Under the pieces are notes generated by a model. That model worked only from the letters and a program-made list of their open reading frames with translations, searched no databases and was not told where the DNA came from. Shown here piece after piece: positions 61,469 to 64,000 of a stretch of 64,000 nucleotides of DNA. Every line of letters starts with the position of its first letter. Position 1 is the stretch's first letter. A program made the translations under genes and the position numbers. Location: assembly GCA_030390025.1 (NCBI GenBank), contig JASTWF010000418.1, positions 248,001-312,000 of the forward strand. The letters are read 5' to 3'. The DNA comes from Squalus acanthias. Taxonomy: Eukaryota.

Positions 61469-62364
61469 GGGGTAAAAATTCACTTGGTTGCGCCTCCCGT
61501 TAGCGCCTTAAGAGGGCGCTAATGGGGCGCAAAGCCGCTAACGCCCGGGCGCAGCGATGTTTGCGCCGCTCGAGAACTTAACTTGAGATTGTGCGGCGGC
61601 GCTAAAACTTACCGCTGCGACCACCTGCGCGCGCAGATTGTGACGTCATTCCATGGTGCAACGCCCTTGTGGCGCCCCGTAGCGGAAATTGAGTGGCGCC
61701 CCCTGCCTTACCGCCTGGCGCTTCCAACGACCAGAAGACTGAAACGCTATCAATCGCTGTGGGGCTGGGGGGGGGGGCACTATTTAAAGGGGGTCTCTTC
61801 CTGTCTTTTATTGTTGGTGGCATTTTTGAACTACGCATTCTGAGAGAGAGAGGGAGAGACTTCTGGAGAGATTCAACGTTGTGTGAAGGAGTTTTGGGTA
61901 CTGAGCAGCACTTTGCAGGTTCATTTTGATTTGCCATTCCTTGTATCGATTTAGCAGAGACTGTGGGAGCTGCACTCTGAGCTCTTTGCCTGGTACTCTC
62001 CATTGTTCTTTCCAGCACATTTGATGTGCAAGTCTCTCCAGGCCGAGATTCAAGGCAGCAATGAACAGGATGTGGATGGAAAGCAAGATTAACCATCCCC
62101 TTTAAGAACTGGCCCGTGCCATTGTGTGTGTGTTTCATTGCTGACTGACATTACATGAGCTTCGCCAGCGCTCCGAGTTAGCGCCTCACTGCTCGGCCTT
62201 TGCGCCTTAAGAGAGGTGTGCAGTGCCTGCTTTAGCGCTCCACTCACCTCCCGGGGCGGTAAAAGTGAAGTTTCCTGTCAGTGTCGTTAATTAGCGCCAG
62301 GCGCTAATATTTGCGTCCGGACGATATTTGCGCCCCAAATGGGGCGCGACCTAATTTCTACCCC
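61469..62364. mobile_element. Harbinger-like MITE (paralog of 18309-19203) within TIR element ~61026-62886
   Basis: Same TIRs, TSD and flanks. Confidence 0.8.
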
Positions 62365-63379
62365 AAGGTGCCTTAAAGGGAAGGTGCTGGATATTTGTCC
62401 ACGGACGGAAGAGTGGACAATGCCCGTATAGGTGGCGATCCGCCGCAGTAAAACTTCAATAAATTTTTAAAAAATCACATTTTTAAAATGAATTTAAATT
62501 ACAATACATTAAGTATTTTAAACAAAAATTTTATTTTTTGAAAAAAATTATTAAAGTTTTTAACGGGGCTAAAAATAAACTTACCTTTCTTTAAAGTATT
62601 TTTAAATGATAAATCAGTGGAAATTTTTTTAAAAAACTTTTTTCAACTCTTAGGCGCAAGAATTGTAAGTGTTTTCTGCGGGCGGAAGGTCTCCAAAATG
62701 CGGAACTCTCCACCCGCAGAGGCCCTTCACCCGGGCAGGCGGAGGATCTGTCAAGAGCTTTCTTGATAGATGGGAAATGCCGGTTTCCAGTGCATGCGCA
62801 GTGCATGACTAAAACCGGCATTTCCGTTGGCCCTACGGGTGAGTACACAGCGCGTACACACCCGTAGGGAACTGAATTTCTGCCCCAATATCTCTCTGCA
62901 GCCTCTTTGCGTCCTCCTCACAGCTTACTTTCCCACCTAACTTTGTATCATCAGCTAACTTGGATACGTTACATTCAGTCCCTTCATCTAAGTCATGAAT
63001 ATAGATTGTAAATAGCTGAGGCCCCAGTACTGATCCTTCCGGGACCTCACTCGTTACAGCCTGCCAACCTGAAAAAGTCCCGTTTATTCCTACTCTCTGT
63101 TTTCTGTCCGTTAACCAATCCTCTATCCATGGTAATATAATACCCCCAATCCCATGAGCCCTAATTTTGTGCATAATAGATAGGCGGGAGGAGGTTTTGG
63201 TGAGGAGGATTGGGTATAAATAAAAGATCACAGGAACACGGGCAGTAGGAAGGAGTTTAATGGGTTATCAGTTGCAGGAATAGCGCACAGATTGTTAATG
63301 TCGGGAACTGGTCATAGGAGGGAGTTTAATGGGATAATATCTGGGATTGGCACTGGGTTAGGGGTGGGATTGGGTGAGT

Positions 63380-64000
63380 GAGATGGTGGGTGGGTGAGAT
63401 GGTGGGTGGGTGGGTGAGATGGTGGGTGGGTGAGATGGTGGGTGGGTGAGTTCGATGCCGGGTGGGTGAGTTCGATGCCGGGTGGGTCAGTTCGATGCCG
63501 GGTGGGTGAGTTCGATGCCGGGTGGGTCAGTTCGATGCCGGGTGGGTGAGTTCGATGCCGGGTGGGTGAGTTCGATGCCGGGTGGGTGAGATGGTGGGTG
63601 GGTGAGTTCGATGCCAGGTGGGTGAGTTCGATACCGGGTGGGTGAGTTCGATGCCGGGTGGGTGAGTTCGATGCCGGGTGGGTGAGTTCGATGCCGGGTG
63701 GGTCAGTTCGATGCCGGGTAGGTCAGTTCGATGCCGGGTGGGTGAGTTCGATGCCGGGTGGGTCAGTTCGATGCCGGGTGGGTGAGTTCGATGCCGGGTG
63801 GGTGAGTTCGATGCCGGGTGGGTGAGTTCGATGCCGGGTGGGTGAGTTCGATGCCGGGTGGGTCAGTTCGATGCCGGGTGGGTGAGTTCGAAGCCGGGTG
63901 GGTGAGTTCGATGCCGGGTGGGTGAGTTCGATGCCGGGTGGGTGAGTTCGATGCCGGGTGGGTGAGTTCGATGCCGGGTGGGTGAGTTCGATGCCGGGTG
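63380..64000. repeat. G-rich 16-bp and 20-bp minisatellites (paralog of 20985-21620), running off the window
   Basis: Same units. Confidence 0.95.

Overview
Vertebrate genomic DNA, very likely from a cartilaginous fish (inferred from the HE1/V-SINE-like element, the CR1 families and the satellite types). It is dense in CR1/L2 LINEs, PIF/Harbinger-like MITEs, solo LTRs and minisatellites. The one host gene I can reconstruct lies on the minus strand (50216 to 26867) and has 11 exons: leader, one pre-joined V-J exon with no RSS, seven IgH-like C1-set exons, a transmembrane exon and a short cytoplasmic exon (about 963 aa). It looks like a non-rearranging antigen-receptor-like gene that I cannot assign to IgM, IgW, IgNAR, TCR or SIRP. 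Its C-domain number grew by a very recent two-exon duplication. The sixth C exon is 1 nt short at its canonical acceptor. An array of about 33 CTCF-consensus motifs lies just 3' of the gene. About 1-21.6 kb is duplicated at about 50.5-64 kb, which implies a tandem gene cluster with a period of about 40-43 kb. A young full-length CR1 has 5' monomers and a TTTAAAC -1 slippery site joining ORF1 to an ATG-less ORF2. All calls were made by eye; no database searches were run.
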